A DNA stretch of 32,000 nt from Xylella taiwanensis (GTDB lineage Bacteria; Pseudomonadota; Gammaproteobacteria; Xanthomonadales; Xanthomonadaceae): contig NZ_CP053627.1 in the NCBI RefSeq assembly GCF_013177435.1, positions 1,860,001 through 1,892,000 of the forward strand. Reading direction: 5' to 3'. Below are positions 18,789 through 28,300 of this stretch, piece after piece (the first letter of the stretch is position 1; the number at the start of each line of letters is the position of its first letter). The position numbers were made by a program, and so were the translations under genes. The notes under the pieces are model-generated. The model was not told the DNA's origin. It ran no database searches and was given only the letters and a program-made list of their open reading frames with translations.

Positions 18789-20864
18789 AAACAGGACTCC
18801 AAACATACCGGAATGTAATGTTCAACCATACCAACCACCGTATTTGGCACGTTGCTGGGCTGCTTTCCAATAGCTTTAATGACACCTGGACACACTCAAT
18901 AACATAATTTCGACTCATCTTCCTTTCTCACCCGTTACATCTGGAGCAGCATAAATAATGCACGCAACTGCGCCATGTACTTTGCAAAACCACATGTCAC
19001 GCGGATTAACAAGCTAAGAAATAAAGACTCCGCCTTGGACTGGATAACGATCTTGATATGTTCCACCTGGTCGGCCAGGTCACCTACCAACTCGACCTAC
19101 CCCAATATCTTGACCTTTGTCGGGTTGTATCACACATGTCCCAGCGCACCTCGGTCCTAGCGGCATTGGACCTCTTATCGCCCCATGGTATTCACGCATC
19201 ACCCTAAGGCTGGTTCACCTGCCCACGCAACACACTGTCGATCTGAATCATGCCGCTCACGTTGCCGTCAGTACCGCGCATCGTATGCATTCACCAGGGA
19301 TAGGCATTCCCACCAGTATGCACTTTCATGCTGAGATAACACCTCCACCTTTTCCTGGATGAGATGACTAAACAGCGACACGTTGTATCGTGCTTCTTCT
19401 TGCATGGAGTCAATGTGCAATATCACCGTAACGTCCAAGCGAGCAGCCTGATTTTGGCCCTGGCAGGCAAGGCGACACGTGTCTGGAACAATCCGACAAT
19501 GACACCATGGTACGAATGTTGATCGTATACAGGCCTTCCGCCAATACACTCATCCCATATAGCTGTAAGCGAATAAAAGCATCCATACCAGACACGGCTC
19601 GTTATGGCAGCACCACCTCAATCACTTTTCCGGATAAACATCCGAACGTTGCCATGAGAATCAATCCAGCGAAGACCACAGCAGCATCCATAAGGTTCAG
19701 ATCGGAGTTGCCAAACACCCTGGAATACAGCCCCTGATACATCCACCAATACAGCCAGGGAACGTCTGTCCAACATCGCTTCCAAATACAGGCACACACG
19801 TGCCGCTAAAACGTACTGGAACTGAAACAGCAATCGATGCTGTCTCCATTGCTTGCCAAGAATGAGATTACGGATTAGTCCGTTATCAATGCCCATCGCG
19901 ATCATGTTGCGCCAATCGCGGAGCAACGCCAAGCAATTTGACATCCACCATAAACAACACATCGCGCTACCAGATAGCCCTTTTGTGTTCATATTTGGCA
20001 CGTTGACAGATGTCGAACTTCGTCAGAACCTCAACCAGCGTCTTTCCCATCCGCTCAACGATAAAAGGTTTTCCATTGCGTCAATAAATAACCAGGAATT
20101 CAGTCGCCGCATTCACGTACTGAATCATCGTTCTCAAGGGATATGTAACACCATCAAACCAACGTACTTCGCAAGCGCAACGGTCAACACCATATGGCAC
20201 AAGCAGATTTTGCGTGGTGTGCCTTCAACAGCAAACACACACCCCTCTGAGGTGGAGACGCAAAGAAAGATCATGGGTGTCATTTCCCTTCCCATAACCG
20301 ATAACAGGGAGAAACACGCAACACGTGATTTCACTGAGCTGATAGTACCTTGCAACAACAACTTTTCCAGAACCAGTAGCAATCCATTTATTCATTAAAG
20401 CAACTATTCTCCATACCACCACAAGACGAATAGTGATTGAGAACAACCACGAGTAGGATCTTAGACATTGAATTCAAGTCGGAAAATAGGCTCACATTGA
20501 TTATGAAATATCTGTTTTCCACCACACACGCGTTTGAAATGAGTACCAGACAACAAGCACTTCAACCTACTTCGCAAAACGAAACTTGGTGCATCCTGCA
20601 CTAATTATTAGAAACATCACACTGCTTAAGCCATATCTTCTAAGGATCGTCTGCATACACCTCTAACAATGATGTTTTTTAGGATACGGGGTAGAACCGA
20701 CCAAGCAACACCACGTATCAATCTCAATCCATAGTACCTAACGCCTGCAAACACCCTTACCTTCAGAATACCGACATAAACAACGACAGGAACATCAGGA
20801 CTGAGTGGATCGCCTGAACCACATTCAACACAAGGTCTACGAAACACAGTACATGCCCACACGC

Positions 20865-21749
20865 TCAGCGCAGCTTACGCCGCGCACGCGGGTGCGCGGC
20901 ATCATAAACCTTGGAAAGGTGCTGAAAATCCAGATGAGTATAAATCTGGGTGGTGGTGATGTTGGCATGGCCTAACAATTCCTGCACACCGCGCAAGTCG
21001 CCCGAAGATTCAAGGAGATGGCTGGCAAAACTGTGGCGCAACATGTGCGGATGCACGTGCTTGGCCATCCCCTGACGCTGGGCCAGCTGTTTAATCCGTA
21101 TCTGAACAGCACGCGTCGAGATCGGGCCACCGTTACGTCCAGGGAACACCGGCTGTTGAGCTACACCACCACTGTTGGCACGCCACTCACGAAGCGCACA
21201 CAACGCATATGAACCGACAGGCACCACACGCTGGCGACTACCCTTACCCAACACGCTCACCAGACCAGCATCCAGATCCAAACCATCCCAACGCAATCCG
21301 CATAATTCACTCAAGCGCAAGCCAGAGGAATAAAACAACTCCAGTAGCGCACGATCACGCAATCCGAGCGGCACATCTGTCGAAATCTGAACAAAAGAGA
21401 CCGCCTCATCGGCATCCAACACCCGCGGTAACTTGCGCAGCGCCTTCGGAGCGCGCAGCGTAGCAGCTGGGCTAGCAGCAATGTGGCCACGTTTGACGAG
21501 CCATGCATAGAAACTACGGCACGCCGACAAACGCCGCTGCAGACTCTTGGCCGACAACCCACGGCGGTGCTCAGCGGCAACGAAAGCATGCAACTGCGCC
21601 CCATTCAGTGCAACGATCTCACCAGCCGCCTGTTGCGATGCCCAAGTGATGAGTGCAGCAATATCGCGCCGGTAAGCATCCAAGGTATGCGCTGACATAC
21701 AGCGCTCCACATGCAAGCAAGTCAAAAAATCCTCAACCAACCTATTCAT
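20865..21749 (-). CDS. xerC: Tyrosine recombinase XerC
   Basis: 294 aa. The N-terminal SAM-like domain (FLTCLHVERCMSAHTLDAYRRDI) and the catalytic region (RDRALLELFYSSGLRLSELCGL..., HPHMLRHSFASHLLESSGDLRGVQELLGHANITTTQIYTHL) give the R..H.R..Y signature. Synteny with dapF-DUF484 supports xerC rather than xerD. Confidence 0.9.
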   Translation of the reverse strand: MNRLVEDFLTCLHVERCMSAHTLDAYRRDIAALITWASQQAAGEIVALNGAQLHAFVAAEHRRGLSAKSLQRRLSACRSFYAWLVKRGHIAASPAATLRAPKALRKLPRVLDADEAVSFVQISTDVPLGLRDRALLELFYSSGLRLSELCGLRWDGLDLDAGLVSVLGKGSRQRVVPVGSYALCALREWRANSGGVAQQPVFPGRNGGPISTRAVQIRIKQLAQRQGMAKHVHPHMLRHSFASHLLESSGDLRGVQELLGHANITTTQIYTHLDFQHLSKVYDAAHPRARRKLR

Positions 21750-21775
21750 TGTCTCTCGCCAGCGCCGTGGCCATG

Positions 21776-22447
21776 TCAGACCTGGAAGCGCTTGAGCGCA
21801 TCAAACAGCGCCTCACCCATCATACGCAGAAACAGCGTACCCATCCCTGGGTAAAAGCGGTTGGAATCGTAACTGCCGATTGCGATCACACCCAGCCCCG
21901 ACAACGGCAATAACGCACTGGATTGCACCTCGCTTGCCTCTTCAGCATACAACAGCACCTGCTTATCGGTGTTGAGCCGACCGCAGATCGGCTCTCCATC
22001 ACGCAAGCAATCACGGAACGGTGCAAGACGCGCATCATCGAGCTCAATCACCTGCAGCCAAGCCGCTTGTAGCGCTGCGACTGGTCGCAACAATATCAAG
22101 CGAACAAGATCACCATTAAAATCCTCAGCTAACGAAGCGACCAGTGCCCGTAACGTGTCCGCGGCACTCGGCTGGCGCATCAACGCCAATGTCAATTGAT
22201 GGGTACGCATCGCGAGCTGTTCGTTCGCCTGGGCATTGCTCGTCAATTCGGCAAGTCGGCGTGATAACGCACGATTTTTATCACGCAGCACCTCCACCTG
22301 GTAACTAGCCAGCGACGCCGTCGATGCATTTTCACGAGGCACCACTAAAGTCAATGCCAAATCAGGAAACTGTTTAAGAAAAGCAGGATGCCGACGCAGC
22401 CAAGCAGCCACCTCGTAGGCACCCATCTTATCCTTGGCCTCACTCAT
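21776..22447 (-). CDS. DUF484 (YigA-like) family protein
   Basis: Track ORF 21776..22456. [18 protein letters not shown]... followed by a GAF-like C-terminus is typical of DUF484. The conserved position between dapF and xerC supports the call. The ATG at 22447 overlaps the dapF stop as ATGA. Confidence 0.8.
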   Translation of the reverse strand: MSEAKDKMGAYEVAAWLRRHPAFLKQFPDLALTLVVPRENASTASLASYQVEVLRDKNRALSRRLAELTSNAQANEQLAMRTHQLTLALMRQPSAADTLRALVASLAEDFNGDLVRLILLRPVAALQAAWLQVIELDDARLAPFRDCLRDGEPICGRLNTDKQVLLYAEEASEVQSSALLPLSGLGVIAIGSYDSNRFYPGMGTLFLRMMGEALFDALKRFQV

Positions 22448-23301
22448 CCGTACCACACTCCATCAAACACAAACATGGCCGGACCAGACAACGTCACTGG
22501 CCCAGCAGGCACCGGCCACTGCACGCGCAATGTGCCCCCCGGCAGCACAACGTGCACATCACGTCCGACTCTACCGCGCTGCATCAGCACTACCGCCGCC
22601 GCACAAGCACCACTGCCACACGCCAAGGTTTCTCCAGAACCACGCTCGTACACCCGCAACCGTACCAAACCAGGATCGATCACCTGGACAAAGCCAACGT
22701 TCACTGACTCCGGAAACGCAGCATGCTGCTGAAGGAGCGGTCCGATTCGTTCGACCGGTGCCGCATCGATCAAATCGACCTCAATCACGGCGTGCGGATT
22801 ACCCATCGATACCACACCGCAGCACAGGGCCTCACCCTGTAGCGACAACAAATACTCTCCACTGAAATGGGAAAAGCCCGCCAGCGGAATACGCTCAGGT
22901 TCGAATATGGGGACACCCATCTCCACCGCATACTCATCTTTACCTATACAGTGAACCAAATGCTCCTGTACCGGACTGTCGATCAAAAAGTGTGCACCCT
23001 CAACGGAACCATCACGTACCAACCAAGCAGCCACGCAACGCGCACCGTTACCACACTGCTGTGCTTGAGATCCGTCCGCATTCCAGATGCGGTAGGCGGC
23101 AACCACTCCGACACTGCGTGGCGACTCAATCGTCAAAATCTGGTCACAGCCAACACCAAAGTGGCGATCAGCCAGGCAAGCAACCAACGCCGCGTCCGGC
23201 AGCGGCGTCCCATCACGCAAATCCAAGATGACGAAGTCATTACCGGCACCATGCATCTTGGTGAAATGCAAAGGACAGCGCACACTCTCAATCCCCATCA
23301 T
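22444..23301 (-). CDS. dapF: Diaminopimelate epimerase DapF
   Basis: [16 protein letters not shown], the catalytic Cys motifs QQCGNGARC and [14 protein letters not shown]. The start is uncertain: ATG at 23301 or 23298, or TTG at 23271, which would give the canonical MHFTKMHG N-terminus. Confidence 0.93.
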   Translation of the reverse strand: MMGIESVRCPLHFTKMHGAGNDFVILDLRDGTPLPDAALVACLADRHFGVGCDQILTIESPRSVGVVAAYRIWNADGSQAQQCGNGARCVAAWLVRDGSVEGAHFLIDSPVQEHLVHCIGKDEYAVEMGVPIFEPERIPLAGFSHFSGEYLLSLQGEALCCGVVSMGNPHAVIEVDLIDAAPVERIGPLLQQHAAFPESVNVGFVQVIDPGLVRLRVYERGSGETLACGSGACAAAVVLMQRGRVGRDVHVVLPGGTLRVQWPVPAGPVTLSGPAMFVFDGVWYG

Positions 23302-23307
23302 CTTAAG

Positions 23308-23517
23308 TCATCGGTGCTGAGCCGGCTTGGCAATCGCCGGCTGGCTGGCTTCCTTATCATCCTGAGATTTAGCCTCAGTCGGCGGCAGCGGCTGCACTGG
23401 CACGTCGATCGGTTTTTGCGGCATGACCAACGCTCCCTTGTTGCCACATGCGACAAGCAAAACAAGACAAGCACCAATCAGAATGCAACGGAAAAAATCA
23501 ATAGGCATTGTACTCAT
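23308..23517 (-). CDS. lptM: Small LptM/YifL-like lipoprotein upstream of dapF
   Basis: MSTMPIDFFRCILIGACLVLLVACGNKGALVMPQKP has a lipobox followed by the CG.KG.L..P motif, then a Pro/Gln/Lys-rich tail. It sits directly upstream of dapF, as yifL does in enterobacteria. The track start at 23571 is probably too long; ATGs lie at 23517 and 23508. Confidence 0.6.
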   Translation of the reverse strand: MSTMPIDFFRCILIGACLVLLVACGNKGALVMPQKPIDVPVQPLPPTEAKSQDDKEASQPAIAKPAQHR

Positions 23518-23607
23518 CGTGCAAGTATATCTGCGGAGACCACACTTAACCCGTGGGTCACCACAGTACAATAGATACGAAGCATCGCAAGAGCACCATC
23601 CCTCGCT

Positions 23608-25767
23608 TCACTTCACCCCAAGCTGGTTTAGCACAAAGGCATAAGATTCAGCCAATTCCTGATAACGCCTGAAACGCCCAGACTTCCCACCATGGCCAGC
23701 ATCCATGTTGACCCTGAATACAATCGGAAGCGTCCCCGTATTCTCATCGCGCAGTTTGGCCACCCATTTGGCCGGCTCCCAATACTGCACCTGCGAATCC
23801 CATAGCCCGGTGCCGACAAACAACGCCGGATACGCCTGACGCAGAACGTTGTCGTAAGGGGAATACGTCAGCATGTAATCGTAATAGGTTTTCTGTTCAG
23901 GATTACCCCATTCATCGTACTCGTTGGTGGTCAACGGGATACTCGGGTCCAGCATCGTGGTCACCACGTCAACGAATGGCACCTGCGCCACCATCACCCG
24001 GTAATCCGACGGCGCCTGATTAGCCACCACACCCATCAACAAGCCACCAGCACTGCCGCCAGCCGCGGCCACGCGTTCCTTGGCAGCATAACCCTCTGCA
24101 ACAAGTGAGCGGGTCACATCGATAAAGTCATTGAACGTGTTCTGCTTATGCAGCAACTTGCCATCGTCATACCACTGCCGACCCATCTCCTGGCCACCAC
24201 GGATGTGGGCAATGACGTAGACAACACCACGATCAAGCAGGCTGATGACCGGCAAGTTAAAACTCGGATCTGTCGAAATACCGTAACTGCCATAGGCATA
24301 CTGATACAGCGCGGCAGTGCCGTCTTTCTTAAACCCTTTGCGGTAGACCAGCGACACTGGCACCTTCACCCCATCCCGCGCAGTCACCCACAGACGCTCG
24401 GTCACGTACTGCGACGGATCGTAGCCGATCACAGGCTGCTGCTTGAGCTGACGACGCTCACCAGTACGCATGTTGAGCTCATACGTCGTCGCCGGAGTCG
24501 TCAACGAAGTGTAGGTATAACGCAACCATGGGCTGTCCGACTCGGGATTGTCCGATAGTTCCATCGCGTATGCCGGCTCATCCGCACCGACATAGCTGTG
24601 TTGGCCATCAACCTTGAGCAAACGCACCCGCTCCAAGCCCTGAGAACGCTCTTGGATCGCAGTAAAACCATCAAACAGCTCGAAACCCTCAATAAAGACT
24701 GCTGGATCGTGCGCGACCCAGTCCCGCCACTGGCTGCGCAAAGTAGCATCGCTAGGCGCAGTGACCAATTTGTAGTTCTTAGCATTATCGGCATTGGTGC
24801 GGATGACCCAACGACCGCCGAAATGGTCTGCCGAGTACTCTACATCACGCTCACGCGGAGCCAACACGGTAAAGTCCTTCGGCATGGCCGCAGGTGCGTA
24901 GCGCATTTCTGAAGAAACCGTGCTTTCCATGGAAAGCACAATGTAATCCTCATCACGAGTACGTCCGATGCTCATATAGAAGCTATCGTCGTGCTCCTCA
25001 TAAACCAGTACATCGGTATTGACCGGGGTACCAAGCACATGCTTTTTAACACGCTTAGTCAGCAGCGTTGCCGGATCATTCTCGATATAGAACAACGTTT
25101 TATTATCATCAGCCCAAACCACGTTAGGCGACACACCATTGATTTCATCCGGGTAAAACGACCCAGTATCCAGATTTTTGAAGCGGACCGTGTACTGACG
25201 CCGGCCTACGCTGTCCTCGGCCCAGGCAAGCAGATGATTATTAGGACTTACCTGAGCATCCCCGACACTGAAGTAGCTCTTGCCCGCGGCCAATGCGTTA
25301 ACGTCCAGTAACACTTGTTCACCGGTGAAGTCGCCGGACGCATTCGCCGCAAGGATCGCGGCAGCATCAAGACCAGGACCGGCTTTGCGACGCGCATGAA
25401 TCGGATAGTCCTTACCGGATTCGAACCTGGCATAGTAAAACCAGCCACGTTTGCGGTACGGCACACTGGCATCATCCTGTTTGATGCGCGCAACGATCTC
25501 CTTATACAACGTGTCCTTTAGCGGCTTGAGCGGTTCTAGCACCTTGTCGGCATAAGCATTTTCAGCGTTCAGATAATTCAGCACTGCCGTGTTCGTACGC
25601 GTATCATCACGCAACCAATAATAATTATCGTTACGGATTGCGCCAAATGGCGCTTTGATCGCATGCGGATGTTGGGCAATGTCAGGAGGGATAGGAGCGC
25701 TTGAATCAGCAGCAACAGCAGTCACGTTCATCAGGCTGAGAAATAAGAGGGGAAGTTTGATCATCAT
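23608..25767 (-). CDS. ptrB: S9A serine peptidase, oligopeptidase B (protease II)-like, with N-terminal signal peptide
   Basis: The N-terminal beta-propeller region (RNDNYYWLRDD...) is followed by the catalytic domain with nucleophile GGSAGGLLMG and a C-terminal DAGHGG. The ATG at 25767 gives MMIKLPLLFLSLMNVTAVAADS, which is signal-like. The track start at 25785 is a TTG. Confidence 0.85.
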   Translation of the reverse strand: MMIKLPLLFLSLMNVTAVAADSSAPIPPDIAQHPHAIKAPFGAIRNDNYYWLRDDTRTNTAVLNYLNAENAYADKVLEPLKPLKDTLYKEIVARIKQDDASVPYRKRGWFYYARFESGKDYPIHARRKAGPGLDAAAILAANASGDFTGEQVLLDVNALAAGKSYFSVGDAQVSPNNHLLAWAEDSVGRRQYTVRFKNLDTGSFYPDEINGVSPNVVWADDNKTLFYIENDPATLLTKRVKKHVLGTPVNTDVLVYEEHDDSFYMSIGRTRDEDYIVLSMESTVSSEMRYAPAAMPKDFTVLAPRERDVEYSADHFGGRWVIRTNADNAKNYKLVTAPSDATLRSQWRDWVAHDPAVFIEGFELFDGFTAIQERSQGLERVRLLKVDGQHSYVGADEPAYAMELSDNPESDSPWLRYTYTSLTTPATTYELNMRTGERRQLKQQPVIGYDPSQYVTERLWVTARDGVKVPVSLVYRKGFKKDGTAALYQYAYGSYGISTDPSFNLPVISLLDRGVVYVIAHIRGGQEMGRQWYDDGKLLHKQNTFNDFIDVTRSLVAEGYAAKERVAAAGGSAGGLLMGVVANQAPSDYRVMVAQVPFVDVVTTMLDPSIPLTTNEYDEWGNPEQKTYYDYMLTYSPYDNVLRQAYPALFVGTGLWDSQVQYWEPAKWVAKLRDENTGTLPIVFRVNMDAGHGGKSGRFRRYQELAESYAFVLNQLGVK

Positions 25768-27187
25768 AGAATGAACCAGGAACAATGAGGAGATTGCAAT
25801 GTATTGCTGAAGTTTCGATGGACTTCACTCTATCCCGCAAGATGGAACAACCAAGTACTCCTATTCCAGTGGGCTATTATCGGTCGGATGGAGTCGCTCC
25901 CTTCACAATCACGGAGTAGGCACTATCAACATCACTTTTCCATATCTGAACAAAGCACTTTCCCATAAACAAGTACTCTCTTAATTCAGACTGAATTTAA
26001 GAATAGACGTTTAACTATTACAGAAAGAATACAAGCATTTACCTCTGCCTTAACAAGACAGTTTCGGCTTAATCGAACAACCATAGAATGCAACACCGTA
26101 ATTAAATTTACAGATGCTATTGAAATGGGGCACTCTCAAATCAAGCAACACGCTTGGTAAGCTGAATTTTAACTCCACTCTCCTTTTCCACTTATTTCAC
26201 TGTCTGCAAGACAATATAAAAAATAAAAGAAGAGACAACATTTGAACCACTGCTAAAGACACTTAATCACAAACGGCATCCTATGGAGTGCCATCATCCT
26301 TAATAAATCCAGCAAACCACGGCTTCCTGGAGTATCACTTAATCAATATGCCTATCAGCAAAGGATAGTCTCAAATCAGTATTTCCTTATTTTCAAAACA
26401 ACAGTGTGCAGCAACATGGGAAAGCGAACTTATTCACCGCGACACTGACTTAGTCTGACAACGCATTACCAGCGCAACCATGAACAACAGTAGGACAAGC
26501 CCACCAACGCTATCGATTCATAAAGAAAGCACCCACCATAAAAGCCTTAAAAATACGACCCCGAAGAGGAAGACGAAGACACGATTGAAGAAAAGCACAT
26601 TCAGCCAAAGACAACTTGTGACAATCCTAAAGTAAAAATGCGACTGACCCGACATGACCCCATTGCACTGCACTAACAGCACTCCCAACTGCACTTGTGA
26701 AGCACAAATACACCAGGATGCCTGGTCAACACATTGACCCCAATAGACGCGCTCCACACCGGGCACAAACACATGTATGCCCAAAGGCACTCCAATACGC
26801 GGCATGGACTGACTCACAACCGCTACACCTCAACGGCATCCTGTTGAATCACCATAAGAGTGAGTACGCGCACCGCAATAACATCGAACGCATCCATCCC
26901 CCACATACCCTATCCATCCATGATGTCGCTCCCATCAAGTTAGATGTGATTCCACACAAATACACGATTCATGCATTGCACCACCACACCCAAAACTTTG
27001 GACAAGCATTTAGCCTCATTACGGATTAAGCTGGAACTCCAGCAAAACCGACAGCCTTATCCTTCACCCATGTGTGCGTCGCACATGCAGACACGAAGTA
27101 TTCAAAAATTTGAAGACGCGCATCAACGCAGACTGATAACAACGCTCGTTAGTCACCCTCACAACCACGTCCGTCCTTCGTGCCCCC

Positions 27188-27655
27188 TCAACGCTTGGGC
27201 TGAAGCATGGTGTGGGTACAGTTATTCGCACCACACAAACACGCCCAAATCTTCTTCAACCGTGCCGTATGGCGCTCAGCCAACACAATCCCATAGTTAT
27301 ACGTCAGTTCTTCCCCAGAGCAGATATCGCGGATCGCCTCAATAAAGATCCTATCTTTACGTCGGTTCCCACCCATATCCTCCTCAAGCACCGCCTCGCA
27401 ATTTGGGGAACAACTGTGATTGATCCAACGCGAGATGTTACCGGCCTCATTAGCATCAATCACATAATCGTCGTTCAATGTAAACAGGAAGGTATGACCA
27501 CTCTCAATATCACCATGACTATCAGCGTCAACTGCAGCATGCGTACGAATGCGCCCCTTGTATTCAATAATGCGCTCCCCTTGACGGATCGGTACCACAG
27601 CAAACACACCGTTGCCATGGATACGAGACTTACGCGCGACGATGTTGCGGGGCAT
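27188..27655 (-). CDS. SET-domain protein (putative protein-lysine N-methyltransferase)
   Basis: SRIHGNGVFA, RWINHSCSPNCE and GEELTYNY are the SET motifs, followed by a C-terminal Cys cluster CLCGANNC (post-SET-like). The ATG at 27655 is preceded by GGGAGG with 5-nt spacing. The track start at 27658 is a TTG. Confidence 0.85.
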   Translation of the reverse strand: MPRNIVARKSRIHGNGVFAVVPIRQGERIIEYKGRIRTHAAVDADSHGDIESGHTFLFTLNDDYVIDANEAGNISRWINHSCSPNCEAVLEEDMGGNRRKDRIFIEAIRDICSGEELTYNYGIVLAERHTARLKKIWACLCGANNCTHTMLQPKR

Positions 27656-27758
27656 CAATACCTCCCTTTAGAAAATGTCTGCATTGTGGCTTGAGCATAT
27701 CGGCAGGCCAACCCTAGTACCCAGGGCACATCGATACAACACACACACAGAAAGTCGG

Positions 27759-27797
27759 TTGGCCCGTGCGCCCGAAAAGCGTACAATTTTTGTCCGC
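27759..27797 (+). promoter_or_regulatory. Candidate sigma-70 promoter (TTGGCC-N17-TACAAT) overlapped by an imperfect palindrome GCGTACAA-TTT-TTGTCCGC, a possible Rrf2/IscR operator
   Basis: TTGGCC at 27759-27764, TACAAT at 27782-27787, palindrome at 27779-27797 with 7 of 8 arm positions complementary. It lies 33 nt upstream of the regulator ATG at 27820. Confidence 0.4.
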
Positions 27798-27819
27798 TTT
27801 AAACCTAATCCGCCATCTC

Positions 27820-28281
27820 ATGCTGCGCGTTACCAAACTGACCGACTACGCAAGCGTCGTACTGACCGTACTAGCCGCACACCCGGGTGCGGTGCTCAGT
27901 GCCAACGAGCTGGCCGAGCACGCTGGTCTGGAACCGCCAACCGTAAGCAAAATTCTCAAACCTCTGTCGCAAGCGGGCCTTGTCGAAGGACTACGCGGCG
28001 CGTACGGCGGCTATCGGCTGGCACGCAGCGCCGGGGACATCACCCTCATCGAGATTGTTGAAGCCATCGAAGGGCCATTGGCCATTACCGAATGCAGCCA
28101 AGACCACAGCCAATGCAGTATCGCCCACCAGTGTGGCATCCGCTCAAACTGGCAACTGATCAACAACGTGATAGCCAACGCATTACGCAGTATCACCCTG
28201 GCGCAAATGCTTGTTCCTCTATCCCCCTTTCCTACTCACGGCCAGCCGCGCACCATCGCCGCCAGCATCACGACCACCTGA
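27820..28281 (+). CDS. iscR: Rrf2-family Fe-S cluster-binding transcriptional regulator (IscR-like) heading the suf operon
   Basis: [69 protein letters not shown] is the Rrf2 wHTH. The Cys triad is [16 protein letters not shown]. The upstream part of the track ORF (from 27766) is probably not translated. Confidence 0.8.
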   Translation: MLRVTKLTDYASVVLTVLAAHPGAVLSANELAEHAGLEPPTVSKILKPLSQAGLVEGLRGAYGGYRLARSAGDITLIEIVEAIEGPLAITECSQDHSQCSIAHQCGIRSNWQLINNVIANALRSITLAQMLVPLSPFPTHGQPRTIAASITTT

Positions 28282-28300
28282 CACAGTAAACGACAGATCC

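Noticed and set aside
19618-20446. ORFs 19853..20398 (181 aa, +), 19618..20001 (127 aa, -), 20134..20382 and 20225..20446
   Set aside because: They have no SD and no recognisable domains, they overlap one another, and their sequences look compositionally driven. I treat them as pseudogene debris rather than CDSs. The GSGK P-loop-like string is too short to count as evidence.
22867-23574. A 235-aa plus-strand ORF, together with 22434..22865, 22388..22732 and 22992..23231
   Set aside because: These lie entirely antisense to dapF, lptM and DUF484, which carry strong family motifs. The products are low-complexity and rich in Arg, Thr, His and Gln. They are typical shadow ORFs of GC-rich genes.
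25421-25436. GGATTCGAACC, which on the minus strand reads like a tRNA T-loop (GGTTCGAATCC)
   Set aside because: The flanking bases cannot form a T-stem (CCAGG against CCGGT), and the site lies inside the ptrB coding frame. I found no tRNA anywhere in the window.
26891-26925. A cluster of four GGA motifs on the minus strand (ATGGATGGATAGGGTATGTGGGGGATGGATG), considered as a possible CsrA/RsmA-sponge RNA
   Set aside because: Across the whole tract the GGA count (about 12 in about 500 nt) is close to what the G-rich minus-strand composition predicts. I also see no repeated hairpin presentation of the motifs.
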